IMG/VR virus record: IMGVR_UViG_3300048902_000276
Span: 1-52,328 of that record
Reading direction: 5' to 3' (one strand)
Length of the DNA: 52,328 nucleotides
Source of the DNA: a virus
Taxonomy: Duplodnaviria; Caudoviricetes
The notes under the pieces are model-generated. The model was not told where the DNA came from, made no database searches, and worked only from the letters and a program-made list of their open reading frames with translations. The position numbers and the translations under genes were made by a program. Positions 26,187-35,026 of the stretch are shown piece after piece; within the stretch, counting starts at the first letter, position 1, and each line of letters starts with the position of its first letter.

Positions 26187-27053
26187 GTGGCACACCTCCT
26201 GCTATCCCGCATGCTTGCGCAGCACGCGCGGCAGCACCCGGCGGCCGCTCGCAGCGGCCTGGTCGTCCTGCATGGGACAGGGCCCAGCGAGGCGGACGAG
26301 CTGTGGTACCGGAAGCGCCTGCGTGAGCAGGTGCGCCGGCTGGACGCCGCCTCGATCGAGATCGGCTACGAGCTCCACGCGACGTGGCCACGCGCGCACG
26401 ACGGCCGCGTCCAAGACGCCGACCCCGCCGACGTCGATCGCCTGATCGAGCGGGCGGCGGCGCGCATCGACATCGCCCTGCCGGCCCGGCGCATCGCCGC
26501 CGGCGCCGTCAAGAACTCGGCGAAGACGACGGACGCTCGGATGGCGCGCGCGATCGAGTCGGCGCTGGGCGTGGACATCGCCCCCCTGCTGGACGAGGGG
26601 GCGCTGGCGGGCGCGATGCAGCGGGCGCTGGTCGCGAACGTCGGGCTGATCACGACCATCCCGTCGCGGCACTTCGCGCAGCTGCGCGCGCGCATCCTCG
26701 AGACGTTCGCGCGCGGCGCGCGCTGGGAGACGCTGGCCGAGGAGATCCGCCGGCAGACGGGCGTCACGCAGGACCGCGCCAACCTGATCGCGCGGGACCA
26801 GACGTCGAAGATGAGCGCGGCGCTGAACGAGGCGCGCCAGACGGACCTCGGCATCGAGGAGTACATCTGGGCCGACGCGGGCGATCGGCGCGTGCGCCCC
26901 GAACACCACGCGCTGAACGGCACGCGCCAGAAGTGGGCGGCGCCGCCGCTGGTCGAGGGCGAGCACGTTCATCCCGGCGAGGCGATCAACTGCAGGTGTC
27001 GCTCGCTGCCCGTGATCAACCTGCGCGCGCTCGAGAGGAGGGCCGCCGCGTGA
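26187..27053 (+). CDS. Head morphogenesis protein (SPP1 gp7/Mu F family)
   Basis: RANLIARDQT..., YIW..AGDRRVRPEH..LNG, HPGEAINCRC. Confidence 0.9.
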   Translation: MAHLLLSRMLAQHARQHPAAARSGLVVLHGTGPSEADELWYRKRLREQVRRLDAASIEIGYELHATWPRAHDGRVQDADPADVDRLIERAAARIDIALPARRIAAGAVKNSAKTTDARMARAIESALGVDIAPLLDEGALAGAMQRALVANVGLITTIPSRHFAQLRARILETFARGARWETLAEEIRRQTGVTQDRANLIARDQTSKMSAALNEARQTDLGIEEYIWADAGDRRVRPEHHALNGTRQKWAAPPLVEGEHVHPGEAINCRCRSLPVINLRALERRAAA

Positions 27054-27055
27054 CC

Positions 27056-28384
27056 ATGGTGAAGTGCTCCGTCGTTGACCTGTACGCGCTCGATCTCGCG
27101 CCGACGTCGCGCGTGATCACGGATCAGGGCTACCTGATCGCGCCAGCGGTGCTGGCGAAGGCCGGCAACGTCCAGCGCTACCTCGCCCGCGAGCTGGGGC
27201 TGGACAAGTCGCAGGGCATGGCCTCGGACGCGGTCATCAACCTCTTTCGGCCCGTCGATGAGGTCTTCAGGCCGGAGACGCTAAAGAGCTTCGACGGTCT
27301 GCCGCTCACGCTCGACCATCCGCCGAAGGGAGTGGACGCCGGGAACTACCGAAAGGTGGTGCGCGGCGACGTCCAGAAGGTGACGGGCGGTGGCGACTCG
27401 ATGCGCGGCATGGTCTACGTGCGCGACGCTGAGGCGGTCGAGGCGGTCAAGAGCGGCAAGACGCAGATGTCTTGCGGCTACGACTTCGAGGCTGACTTCA
27501 CCCCGGGAACGACGGCCGACGGCGTCCCCTACCACGGGGTCATGAGAAACATCGTCGGCAACCACCACGCGATCGTGGACATCGCCCGGGGCGGCTATGA
27601 ATGCCGCATCGGAGACCAACAACCAGGAGCGACGAACATGGCAATCACGAGAGTCATCGACGGTGTCACCCTCAGCTTCGCGGACGACACGAGCGCATCG
27701 TTCTGCGAGCGCATCATCGCGGAGGCACGCAAGAGCGTGCAGGACGCGCAGGCGGGCCAGCGCACGGCCGAGGGCAAGCTGTCCACCGCGGAGAAGGCTC
27801 TCGCCGACATGGGCGAGGCGGGGAAGAAGCTGGCGGCCGACCACGCCAAGACGGTCGCCGACCTCGAGGCGAAGCAGGTGAAGCCCGAGATGATCGAGGC
27901 GCTCGCCACCGAGCGCGCGGGCGTCGTCGCCGACTCGGCCCTGCTCTTCAAGGACCTCGTCGTGAAGGGCAAGACGGTGCCGCAGATCCGGCATGATGTC
28001 CTGACCCAGGTGATCGCGAAGGACGGCGCGCCGAAGACGCTCGCGCTCGCCATCCTGGGCGGCGTCGCGCTCGACAAGGCCGACGGCGCGATCGTCCGCG
28101 CCGCGTTCGATGCGGTGGTCGCGGCCCACGGGCGCACGGCCCCGGCGGCCGGCGGCGGCAACAGCAGCGAGGCCTTCGGCGCTGCGATGGGCAGCCCCGG
28201 CACCTACGCCGCGGGCGACGGCACCAGCGCGGGCGACGGCACCACGGCGCGCGCGGCTGACGAGAAGCTGGAGGTCGGCATGGTGTACGACAGCAACGAG
28301 CTGGTCGGCCTCGACGCCCGCATGGCGGCCACGGCGCTGCACTTCCAGCCGAAGCCGCCGGGACAGGAGCAGCAGAAGCAGTAG
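27056..28384 (+). CDS. DUF2213 prohead protease/scaffold
   Basis: GYLIAP, RPVDEVF..ETLKSF...PLTLDHP, MSCGY, NHHAIVD.ARGG..CRIGD; coiled-coil C-terminal half. Confidence 0.85.
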   Translation: MVKCSVVDLYALDLAPTSRVITDQGYLIAPAVLAKAGNVQRYLARELGLDKSQGMASDAVINLFRPVDEVFRPETLKSFDGLPLTLDHPPKGVDAGNYRKVVRGDVQKVTGGGDSMRGMVYVRDAEAVEAVKSGKTQMSCGYDFEADFTPGTTADGVPYHGVMRNIVGNHHAIVDIARGGYECRIGDQQPGATNMAITRVIDGVTLSFADDTSASFCERIIAEARKSVQDAQAGQRTAEGKLSTAEKALADMGEAGKKLAADHAKTVADLEAKQVKPEMIEALATERAGVVADSALLFKDLVVKGKTVPQIRHDVLTQVIAKDGAPKTLALAILGGVALDKADGAIVRAAFDAVVAAHGRTAPAAGGGNSSEAFGAAMGSPGTYAAGDGTSAGDGTTARAADEKLEVGMVYDSNELVGLDARMAATALHFQPKPPGQEQQKQ

Positions 28385-28465
28385 CGCTCCGGGGAAATCT
28401 CTCGCCGCGTGGGCTGCCCGCCCGTCCGCCGCCCGAGAACCCAAACCACACGATAGGAGCTGAAG

Positions 28466-28978
28466 ATGGCAATTCCAACCCTCGCAACGGCCGGCGGCCG
28501 GACGTTCAACGCCGGCTACGCTGGCCAGATCGCAGACAGCGAGCCGGCCCAGATCGACTCGTTCACGAACACGTCGGCCACGGCGGTCGACTTCGGCCGC
28601 GTGGTCGTCCGAGACACGAACGACCGCAGCTGCAAGGTCATGGCAGCGGACAGCGACCAGCTGCTGGGCATCAGCGTGCGCCACGCGCTGCAGCCCGCAT
28701 CGACGGACGGCAACAACACCGTGAACTACCCTCAGTACCAGAGCGTGCCGGTCATGCGGCTCGGCGTCATCTTCGTCATCGCCGCGGAGAACGTGCGCCG
28801 CGGTGATCAGGCGCTCGCGCTGACCGCTGGCGGCGGCACCATCGGCGGCAGCCAGGGCGGCGTTGCCGGCGCCGGACGCATCGACATCCCGGGCGCGGTC
28901 TGGGAGGACACGGTCTCGTCGGGCAGCGTCGGCCGCCTGCGCATCAACACGGTCGGCACGCGCCGCACCACCACCTAA
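28466..28978 (+). CDS. Head decoration/cement protein
   Basis: GYAGQIAD...FGRVV...LGISVR...VPVMRLGVIFV; position before major capsid gene. Confidence 0.75.
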   Translation: MAIPTLATAGGRTFNAGYAGQIADSEPAQIDSFTNTSATAVDFGRVVVRDTNDRSCKVMAADSDQLLGISVRHALQPASTDGNNTVNYPQYQSVPVMRLGVIFVIAAENVRRGDQALALTAGGGTIGGSQGGVAGAGRIDIPGAVWEDTVSSGSVGRLRINTVGTRRTTT

Positions 28979-29027
28979 TTCCGCCGTCGACGGCCAACCC
29001 ACAACACCAAGGAACGGGAGAACGATC

Positions 29028-30128
29028 ATGAAGATCAGAGTCATCCGGGCAGCCGACACGGCGACGGGCCAGCCGATCCTCGCGAAGGTCAGCGAGGACC
29101 GCTACCAGACCATCTACGCCGGCTTCGCTCGCATCAAGGACACGCTGTTCGACGGCACGTCCTTCAAGGCGATCACGGGTCGCGCGATGCAGACGCAGGA
29201 CGCGCAGGAGGCGCTGGTGTTCCTCGTCTCGCAGCTCACGTACGAGGAGACGGAGCTGCAAGCGCGCTACTACCAGCCGATGCAGTACAAGGACTTCGTC
29301 CCGATCTCCTACGCCGCGGGACCGTACGTGGACAGCATCACGTACTACGTCTACGACAAGGTGGCGAAGGCGCAGTTCACCAGCGCCGCGTCGAACGCCA
29401 TCGAGTACAGCGACGTGGGCATCGCGCAGAAGACCTTCGGCGTTCACAACGCAACGGCCGGCTACCGCTACACGCAGGACGAGCTTCGCAAGAGCGCGTA
29501 CCTGAAGCGGCCGCTGCCGGAGCTGCGCATGGCGACGGCGATGGAGGCCTTCGAGCGCCTGACCAACGAGGTCATGCTGCTCGGGAACACGGCGAAGAAC
29601 CTGACGGGCCTCTACAACAACGCGAGCGTCTCGCACGCGACGACGCCGAGCACGAAGAAGTGGGACGGCTCCGACGCCACCCCGATCACGTTCCTGCAGC
29701 TCAACAGCGACTTCAACTTCGGGCTCTACACGGCCTGGGTCGCGTCGGGCTACAACGTGGTCCCCAACTCGGTCGTCATCCCGGCCGGCGCCTACCAGTA
29801 CATGGCGACGACGCCGGCGTCGACCTCGATCCCGGACCAGACGATCCTGGACTTCGTCAGCGTGCACAACCTGTACACGCAGAAGTACAAGCGGCCGCTC
29901 TTCATCGACTCGGGGTACGACCTCGCGACCGCCGGATCCGGCAACACGGGGCGCACGGTGTTCTACGACAAGAATCCGACGACGCTGGTCGGCCACATCC
30001 CGATGCCGCTCACGTTCCTCGCGCCGCAGTACGACGGCATCGAGGTGAAGATCCCGGGCGAAGGCAAGCTGTCCGGCGTCGAGGTGAAGCGCGTCACCAA
30101 CATGTACTACATGGACGGCATCGTCTAG
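29028..30128 (+). CDS. Major capsid protein (DUF2184, HK97 fold)
   Basis: FLVSQLTY.E, GYRYTQDEL, GLYNN, IPMPLTFL; synteny. Confidence 0.88.
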   Translation: MKIRVIRAADTATGQPILAKVSEDRYQTIYAGFARIKDTLFDGTSFKAITGRAMQTQDAQEALVFLVSQLTYEETELQARYYQPMQYKDFVPISYAAGPYVDSITYYVYDKVAKAQFTSAASNAIEYSDVGIAQKTFGVHNATAGYRYTQDELRKSAYLKRPLPELRMATAMEAFERLTNEVMLLGNTAKNLTGLYNNASVSHATTPSTKKWDGSDATPITFLQLNSDFNFGLYTAWVASGYNVVPNSVVIPAGAYQYMATTPASTSIPDQTILDFVSVHNLYTQKYKRPLFIDSGYDLATAGSGNTGRTVFYDKNPTTLVGHIPMPLTFLAPQYDGIEVKIPGEGKLSGVEVKRVTNMYYMDGIV

Positions 30129-30155
30129 CCGCCCACCCCCGGCTACCCATAAAAC

Positions 30156-30194
30156 GGCCGTGCGGCGCTGGTCTCGCGTCGGCGCCGCACGGCC
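30156..30194. terminator. Strong hairpin after major capsid gene
   Basis: GGCCGTGCGGCGC / GCGCCGCACGGCC 13-bp stem; no U tract on + strand, short U run on - strand. Confidence 0.5.
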
Positions 30195-30213
30195 CAACGC
30201 ACAGGAGAAGGAC

Positions 30214-30486
30214 ATGCCCACCGATCAGCAGCAGCAGCCACGAATGGTCCGCGTGAAGAATTACGCGGAGAACCCCTTCGACTTTCCCCAGGGGTCGGAC
30301 AGCACGAAGCGGATCACGTTCCCGCGCGGCATGACGCCGATGGGCGACGACGCGAAGGGCGGATTCCGGCCCGGCGAGGTCATCGTCAGCGAGAGCGTCA
30401 TCAAGGCCATGAAGGAGCACCGCGTGGCCCGCGCCTGGTTCGACAACCGCAGCGGCTTGGTCGTCGAGCAGATCGAGGAGAAGTAA
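30214..30486 (+). CDS. Small virion-associated protein
   Basis: AGGAG RBS; position after capsid gene. Confidence 0.6.
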   Translation: MPTDQQQQPRMVRVKNYAENPFDFPQGSDSTKRITFPRGMTPMGDDAKGGFRPGEVIVSESVIKAMKEHRVARAWFDNRSGLVVEQIEEK

Positions 30487-30501
30487 GCGGCAGGCGCCAC
30501 C

Positions 30502-30894
30502 ATGGCGGATGACGTCCTCACGGTCGACCAGTTCTTCGCGACGATGCCGGCGTTCAAAGACGCCTCGGTAGCGGACGTGCAGCGGCTGATCACCACACAC
30601 GATCGTCTGTTCAATATCTCGCGCTTCGACGAGGTGAATGACTACGTGTGGGCGGCTTCCAACGTGGTGGCGCACTACCTCACGCTCGAGGACCGGAACG
30701 CGAAGGGCGTCAAGGCGCCCGCCGGAGACATCACGGACAAGATGGCCGGGCGCGTGCGCGTCGTGCGCGCGGCGAGCATCCTCGAGAAGCAGCTGGATAA
30801 CCCGTTCCTGGCGACGCCGTTCGGCCGGGAGTACCTGCTGTGCCTCAGAAAGGCGCGCGTCGGCGCCGTGGCGTCGGGGGACATGTCGCCGTGA
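30502..30894 (+). CDS. Head-tail adaptor (DUF4054-like)
   Basis: FFATMPAF, VAHYLTL, TPFGREYL. Confidence 0.75.
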   Translation: MADDVLTVDQFFATMPAFKDASVADVQRLITTHDRLFNISRFDEVNDYVWAASNVVAHYLTLEDRNAKGVKAPAGDITDKMAGRVRVVRAASILEKQLDNPFLATPFGREYLLCLRKARVGAVASGDMSP

Positions 30895-31367
30895 AGGTCA
30901 GCGTCAAGGTCACGCGTGACACCCGCAACGCGGGGCTGGACGCGCTCCGCCGGCGGGTCGAGAACGGTAAGGCGGAGGTCTTCGTCGGCGTGCCGGCCGG
31001 CAAGACGGCGCCCAATGGCACCCCGCTGGCTGCGGTCGCGGCCTTCAACGAGTTCGGGACCGAGGACATCCCGGAGCGGCCCGCGTTCCGCCGCGCCATC
31101 GGGAGCGCGGCCGGGCGCGCCGAGCTCCGAGGACTCTCGAAGCGGCTGCTCGGGTCCGTGGTCAAGGGCAAGATGACGGAGGACGTGGCGCTGGAGGTCC
31201 TCGGCCAGGCGGGCGCGGCGCGCGTCAAGGACGAGATCCGGAACGGCGATTTCGAGCCAAACGCGCCCAGCACCATCGCGAAGAAGGGGAGCGACCACCC
31301 CCTCATCGACACCTCGCAGCTCATCAACGAGGTCACGTACCAGGTCCAGAAAGGTCCCCGCCGATGA
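30891..31367 (+). CDS. Neck/tail completion protein
   Basis: VFVGVP...NEFGT..IPERPAFR...PNAPSTIAKKGSDHPLIDT. Confidence 0.8.
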   Translation: MKVSVKVTRDTRNAGLDALRRRVENGKAEVFVGVPAGKTAPNGTPLAAVAAFNEFGTEDIPERPAFRRAIGSAAGRAELRGLSKRLLGSVVKGKMTEDVALEVLGQAGAARVKDEIRNGDFEPNAPSTIAKKGSDHPLIDTSQLINEVTYQVQKGPRR

Positions 31368-31723
31368 TCGACTTCAGCGAGCTGATGGACGACGAGGAGC
31401 TTGGCGCCGCGCCGTTCACCCTGATCCGCGAGACGGTCACGCATGACGCCGAGGGGACGCCCACGACGACGCAGCAGCGGCTGGCGGCGACGGGGCTGGT
31501 GCAGCCGCCGTCCGATGACCAGATCCTGATGCTGCCAGAGGGCAACAGGACGAACAACCTGCTGGTGTTCTACACGGCGACGCTCGTCCAGGTCGGGGAC
31601 CAGAAGACGAAGCAGCCCGACGTCATCCAGTACCAGGGGCGCACGTTTCGCGTGGTGCGCGTCGACTCGTGGGGCAACGCGGGCTACTACGCCGCCATCG
31701 GCCAGGAGTTCGTCCCGGCATGA
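31364..31723 (+). CDS. Head closure/head-tail connector
   Basis: VQPP...LPEG.R...PDVIQYQGRTFRV; synteny. Confidence 0.7.
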   Translation: MIDFSELMDDEELGAAPFTLIRETVTHDAEGTPTTTQQRLAATGLVQPPSDDQILMLPEGNRTNNLLVFYTATLVQVGDQKTKQPDVIQYQGRTFRVVRVDSWGNAGYYAAIGQEFVPA

Positions 31724-32319
31724 GCAGCAGCGTCCCCACGCTCGACGACGTCAACCTGGCCATCCGGAACCTGATCCGGTTCGCGCTGGAGCTGCCGGAC
31801 GGCACGGTCATGAAGGCCGACGACGACGTCCCGGCCGGCGCGCAGACGACCCGCATCGCCACGGTGCGGATCATGGGCTCGGACGACGCTGGCTGGGCGC
31901 AGTCGAAGACGGAGCCGGTGCCGGGCGATCCGACGGCGCTCATCGAGGCGATCATGGTGCCGACGGTCTTCACGGCGTCGGTCAATTTCTATCGCGGCGC
32001 CGGCAAGACGGCGGCCGGCGTCCCGATCAGCAGCATGGACCCCGTCTCGCGCGCGTCGGGGCTCGGGCGGGCGCTCCAGCACAGCCGGGCGCTGGAGGCG
32101 ATGCAGCGCATGGGCCTCGGCATCGTGCGCTACAGCCAGGCCCGCAACCTGACGGGCCTGGTCGCTGGCGTGCGCGAGCCGCGCGGTCAGGTCGACGTGC
32201 TCTTCCAGGTCATCAGCCGTGACGCCTTCCAGGTCGCCGTCATCGCGAGCGCGCAGCTCACGATGCACGCTCAGCAGGGCAGCTCCCTCACCACCCAGAC
32301 CATTGAGGTATCGCAATGA
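31720..32319 (+). CDS. Tail terminator-like protein
   Basis: Position before sheath; SVNFYRG motif. Confidence 0.65.
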   Translation: MSSSVPTLDDVNLAIRNLIRFALELPDGTVMKADDDVPAGAQTTRIATVRIMGSDDAGWAQSKTEPVPGDPTALIEAIMVPTVFTASVNFYRGAGKTAAGVPISSMDPVSRASGLGRALQHSRALEAMQRMGLGIVRYSQARNLTGLVAGVREPRGQVDVLFQVISRDAFQVAVIASAQLTMHAQQGSSLTTQTIEVSQ

Positions 32320-33833
32320 CGACCCTTCCTCTGTCCGACGTAATCAACGCCTCGATCAACGTGTCGCCGACGGCGGCGACGGCCCAGGGCTTCGGTAAGG
32401 GCCTGCTCCTCGGCATCGCGAACGCGCTGCCGCTCGAGGAGCGCATCCGCGAGTACAACGGCCTGACGGCGGTGGCGGTCGACTTCGCGACCACGACCCA
32501 GGAGTACCTCGGCGCGCAGGCCTACTTCGCTGACCGCTCGCCGGCCAAGCCGTCGAAGCTGCTCATCGGCAACTGGTTCACGAGCGCACAGGCCGGGCGC
32601 CTGAAGGGCGGAAGCCCGGTCGATACGACCATGGCGACGTGGACGGCGATCGGAGCGAACGGCGGATTCGACATCGTGATCGACGGCGTCAACCGTCAGA
32701 TCTTCTCGATCAACCTCAGCGCCGTCACGACGATGGCGCAGGTCGCGGCGGCGATCCAGACGCGGCTGCAGGTCGCGCTCGCCGCCACTACCTGCACGTG
32801 GGACCCGGTCAAACTGGACTTCGTGATCACGAGCCCGACGACGGGCACGAGCTCCAACGTCGGCTACGCGCTCCCGCCGACTGGCGGCAGCACGCCTACG
32901 GACATCTCGGCGCTGGCCAAGCTCACGGTCGGGTCGCCCGGCGTCCTGAGCGTGAACGGCATCGCCCTGGAGTCGGTCACGGACGCCCTGAACGCGTCGC
33001 AGCTCTTCAACCCCTCGTTCTACGGCGTGCAGCTCGTGGGCACGGCGAGCACCCAGAACGTCAAGGACGCGATGGCGTGGGCGGAGTCGACGAGCGTCCT
33101 CTACTGGTTCACGACCAGCGACAGCAACGGCCCGCTGGCGGGCGTGTCGACGGACCTCGGGGCGTACGCGAAGGGGCTCGGCTACAAGCGCACGGTGTCG
33201 ATGTGGGACGCGACGAACCCGACGCTGTTCCTGTCGATCTCGGGGCTCGCGCGCATGGCGGTCATCGACTTCTCGCAGCCGCGCAGCCTGAGCACGCTGA
33301 AGTTCAAGCAAGCGCCGGGCTTCGCCGTCACGTCGGCCAGCTCATCGCAGATCACGAACCTGAAGGCGAAGAACTACAACGTGTACGTCCAGCGCGCGGA
33401 GCTGGGCGGGACGCCTGCGACCATGTTCGAGGAGGGGACGGTCGCCAACGGCCGATTCATCGACGAGGTGATCGGGCTCGACTGGGTGACGAGCACGATC
33501 CGCGCGGCGATGTTCAACGTCCTCTACCAGGCGCCGGGATCGATCCCGCTGACGGACGAGGGCTCGCAGATCATGCTCCAGGCGCTCGACGCCGTCCTCG
33601 AGCAGGGCGTGTCCAACGGCCTGATCGCGCGCAACGGCGTGTGGCGCGGGCTCGGCTTCGGCGAGCTGAAGACGGGCGGGTTCTTGCGCACGGGGTATTA
33701 CTCGTACGCGCTTCCGACGGCCCTGATGGCGCAGGCCGATCGCGACGCGCGCACGGCGCCGCCGATCACCTTCGCGTTCATCGGCGCCGGCGCGATCCAC
33801 AAGGTCAACGTCACCGGCAACTTCCAGAGATAG
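32316..33833 (+). CDS. Tail sheath (DUF3383)
   Basis: ERIREY...TLKFKQAPG...NYNVY...FIDEVIGLDW...IPLTDEG...GAIHKV. Confidence 0.9.
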   Translation: MTTLPLSDVINASINVSPTAATAQGFGKGLLLGIANALPLEERIREYNGLTAVAVDFATTTQEYLGAQAYFADRSPAKPSKLLIGNWFTSAQAGRLKGGSPVDTTMATWTAIGANGGFDIVIDGVNRQIFSINLSAVTTMAQVAAAIQTRLQVALAATTCTWDPVKLDFVITSPTTGTSSNVGYALPPTGGSTPTDISALAKLTVGSPGVLSVNGIALESVTDALNASQLFNPSFYGVQLVGTASTQNVKDAMAWAESTSVLYWFTTSDSNGPLAGVSTDLGAYAKGLGYKRTVSMWDATNPTLFLSISGLARMAVIDFSQPRSLSTLKFKQAPGFAVTSASSSQITNLKAKNYNVYVQRAELGGTPATMFEEGTVANGRFIDEVIGLDWVTSTIRAAMFNVLYQAPGSIPLTDEGSQIMLQALDAVLEQGVSNGLIARNGVWRGLGFGELKTGGFLRTGYYSYALPTALMAQADRDARTAPPITFAFIGAGAIHKVNVTGNFQR

Positions 33834-33845
33834 GAGAGGGCTCCA

Positions 33846-34310
33846 ATGAAGACTACTTCGTTTGCCAACTGGCAGATCATCGTCAACGGAGTCCGCATCT
33901 CGGGCTTCAGCGACGACGACGACGCCTTCATGGCCGAGCGCCGCAACGATGCGGCATCGGACAAGGTCGGCGTCGACGGGCACATGTTCGTCAACGTCTC
34001 GGCCGACAAGAGCGGGGAGATCACGCTCAAGCTCTTCGCTGCGGCGTCGAGCAACGCGTACCTGAACAGCCTCTACGGGACGATGGAGTCTGGTCCGGCA
34101 ACGATGGTGCCGATCCAGGTGCGCGCCATCGATGCCTACCGGCAGGACGTGGCGGCCGCGCAGGCGGGCTACCTGAAGAAGCTGCCGGCGCTGTCCCGCG
34201 GCGGGACGGTCCAGGTCCAGCCCTGGGTCATCGTCTGCGAGCGGCTCGACATCGTCTTCGGCGATCCGAGCTTCGCGGGCTTCGCGACCGCAGTGGCGGA
34301 GGCGATCTAG
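33846..34310 (+). CDS. Tail tube (DUF3277-like)
   Basis: ISGF...VGVDG...DKSGEITLKL...SNAYL. Confidence 0.8.
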   Translation: MKTTSFANWQIIVNGVRISGFSDDDDAFMAERRNDAASDKVGVDGHMFVNVSADKSGEITLKLFAAASSNAYLNSLYGTMESGPATMVPIQVRAIDAYRQDVAAAQAGYLKKLPALSRGGTVQVQPWVIVCERLDIVFGDPSFAGFATAVAEAI

Positions 34311-34313
34311 CCC

Positions 34314-34856
34314 ATGCCCAGCCCGCCGCGCGTGTTCGAGTACGGAGGCCGCCAGTACGGCCTGGTGAAGATGGCGCCGACGACGGCCGTTCAGGTGAAG
34401 GCGTTGCTGGCCCGGGCCCTGGGGGAGCCCGTGCTGTCGGCGCTGGTCACGTGGCAGAAGAGCGGCGGCGGGGGCGGCGGCAAGGGCCTCGCCGCCGCGA
34501 TCAGGGGCGGCGGCGTCGCGGCTCTCGGCGACGACTTCGCCATGGTGACGACGGCGATCGCCATGGTGACAAAGGCGCTCGACCCGAAGGACCTCGTCGA
34601 GGTCATGAGGCTTACGCTTCGTCGCGTGGTCTACGGCGAGCCCGGCAGCCGCGCCGGGCAGCCGATCGGCGACAACCTCGACGCGGTCTTCGAAGATCGC
34701 GAGAAGGACATGTGGGTCGTGTGGTGGGAGGCCACCAAGGAGAACCTGGGGGGTTTTTTTCCCGAAGACCTCTGGAAGGCGTTCGCCGCCGATCTCGCCA
34801 GACGGTCAGCCTCATCGGATACGCCAACGTCGACCCCCTCATCGCCCGGCCCCTGA
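34314..34856 (+). CDS. Tail assembly chaperone
   Basis: Between tube and tape measure; ENLGGFF with slippery GGGTTTT. Confidence 0.75.
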   Translation: MPSPPRVFEYGGRQYGLVKMAPTTAVQVKALLARALGEPVLSALVTWQKSGGGGGGKGLAAAIRGGGVAALGDDFAMVTTAIAMVTKALDPKDLVEVMRLTLRRVVYGEPGSRAGQPIGDNLDAVFEDREKDMWVVWWEATKENLGGFFPEDLWKAFAADLARRSASSDTPTSTPSSPGP

Positions 34857-35026
34857 TGCGGCACCCGGCCCCCCTCTGCCAGCTCTGGGAGCTGCAGGAG
34901 GGAGGCCGATACGACATCGACGACCTCTTGTACATGCACGAGATGATGGACGTCGAAGACGAGAACTTGAGCCGGCTCAACGAGCGGCCGCCCGATAAGC
35001 CGCGAGGAAACAGGCGCAGCAGATGA
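34751..35026 (+). CDS. -1 frameshift extension of tail chaperone (GT-type)
   Basis: G GGT TTT heptamer at 34751-34757; -1 frame reads ...RPLMRH..LCQLWELQEGGRYDIDDLLYMHEMMDVEDE to TGA overlapping the tape-measure ATG. Confidence 0.7.
   Translation, partial: GFFSRRPLEGVRRRSRQTVSLIGYANVDPLIARPLMRHPAPLCQLWELQEGGRYDIDDLLYMHEMMDVEDENLSRLNERPPDKPRGNRRSR

Noticed and set aside
32639-34750. N-terminal ~700 aa of the 795-aa ORF overlapping sheath and tube
   Set aside because: Arg/Gly-rich off-frame read-through; only the part after the slippery site is credible.
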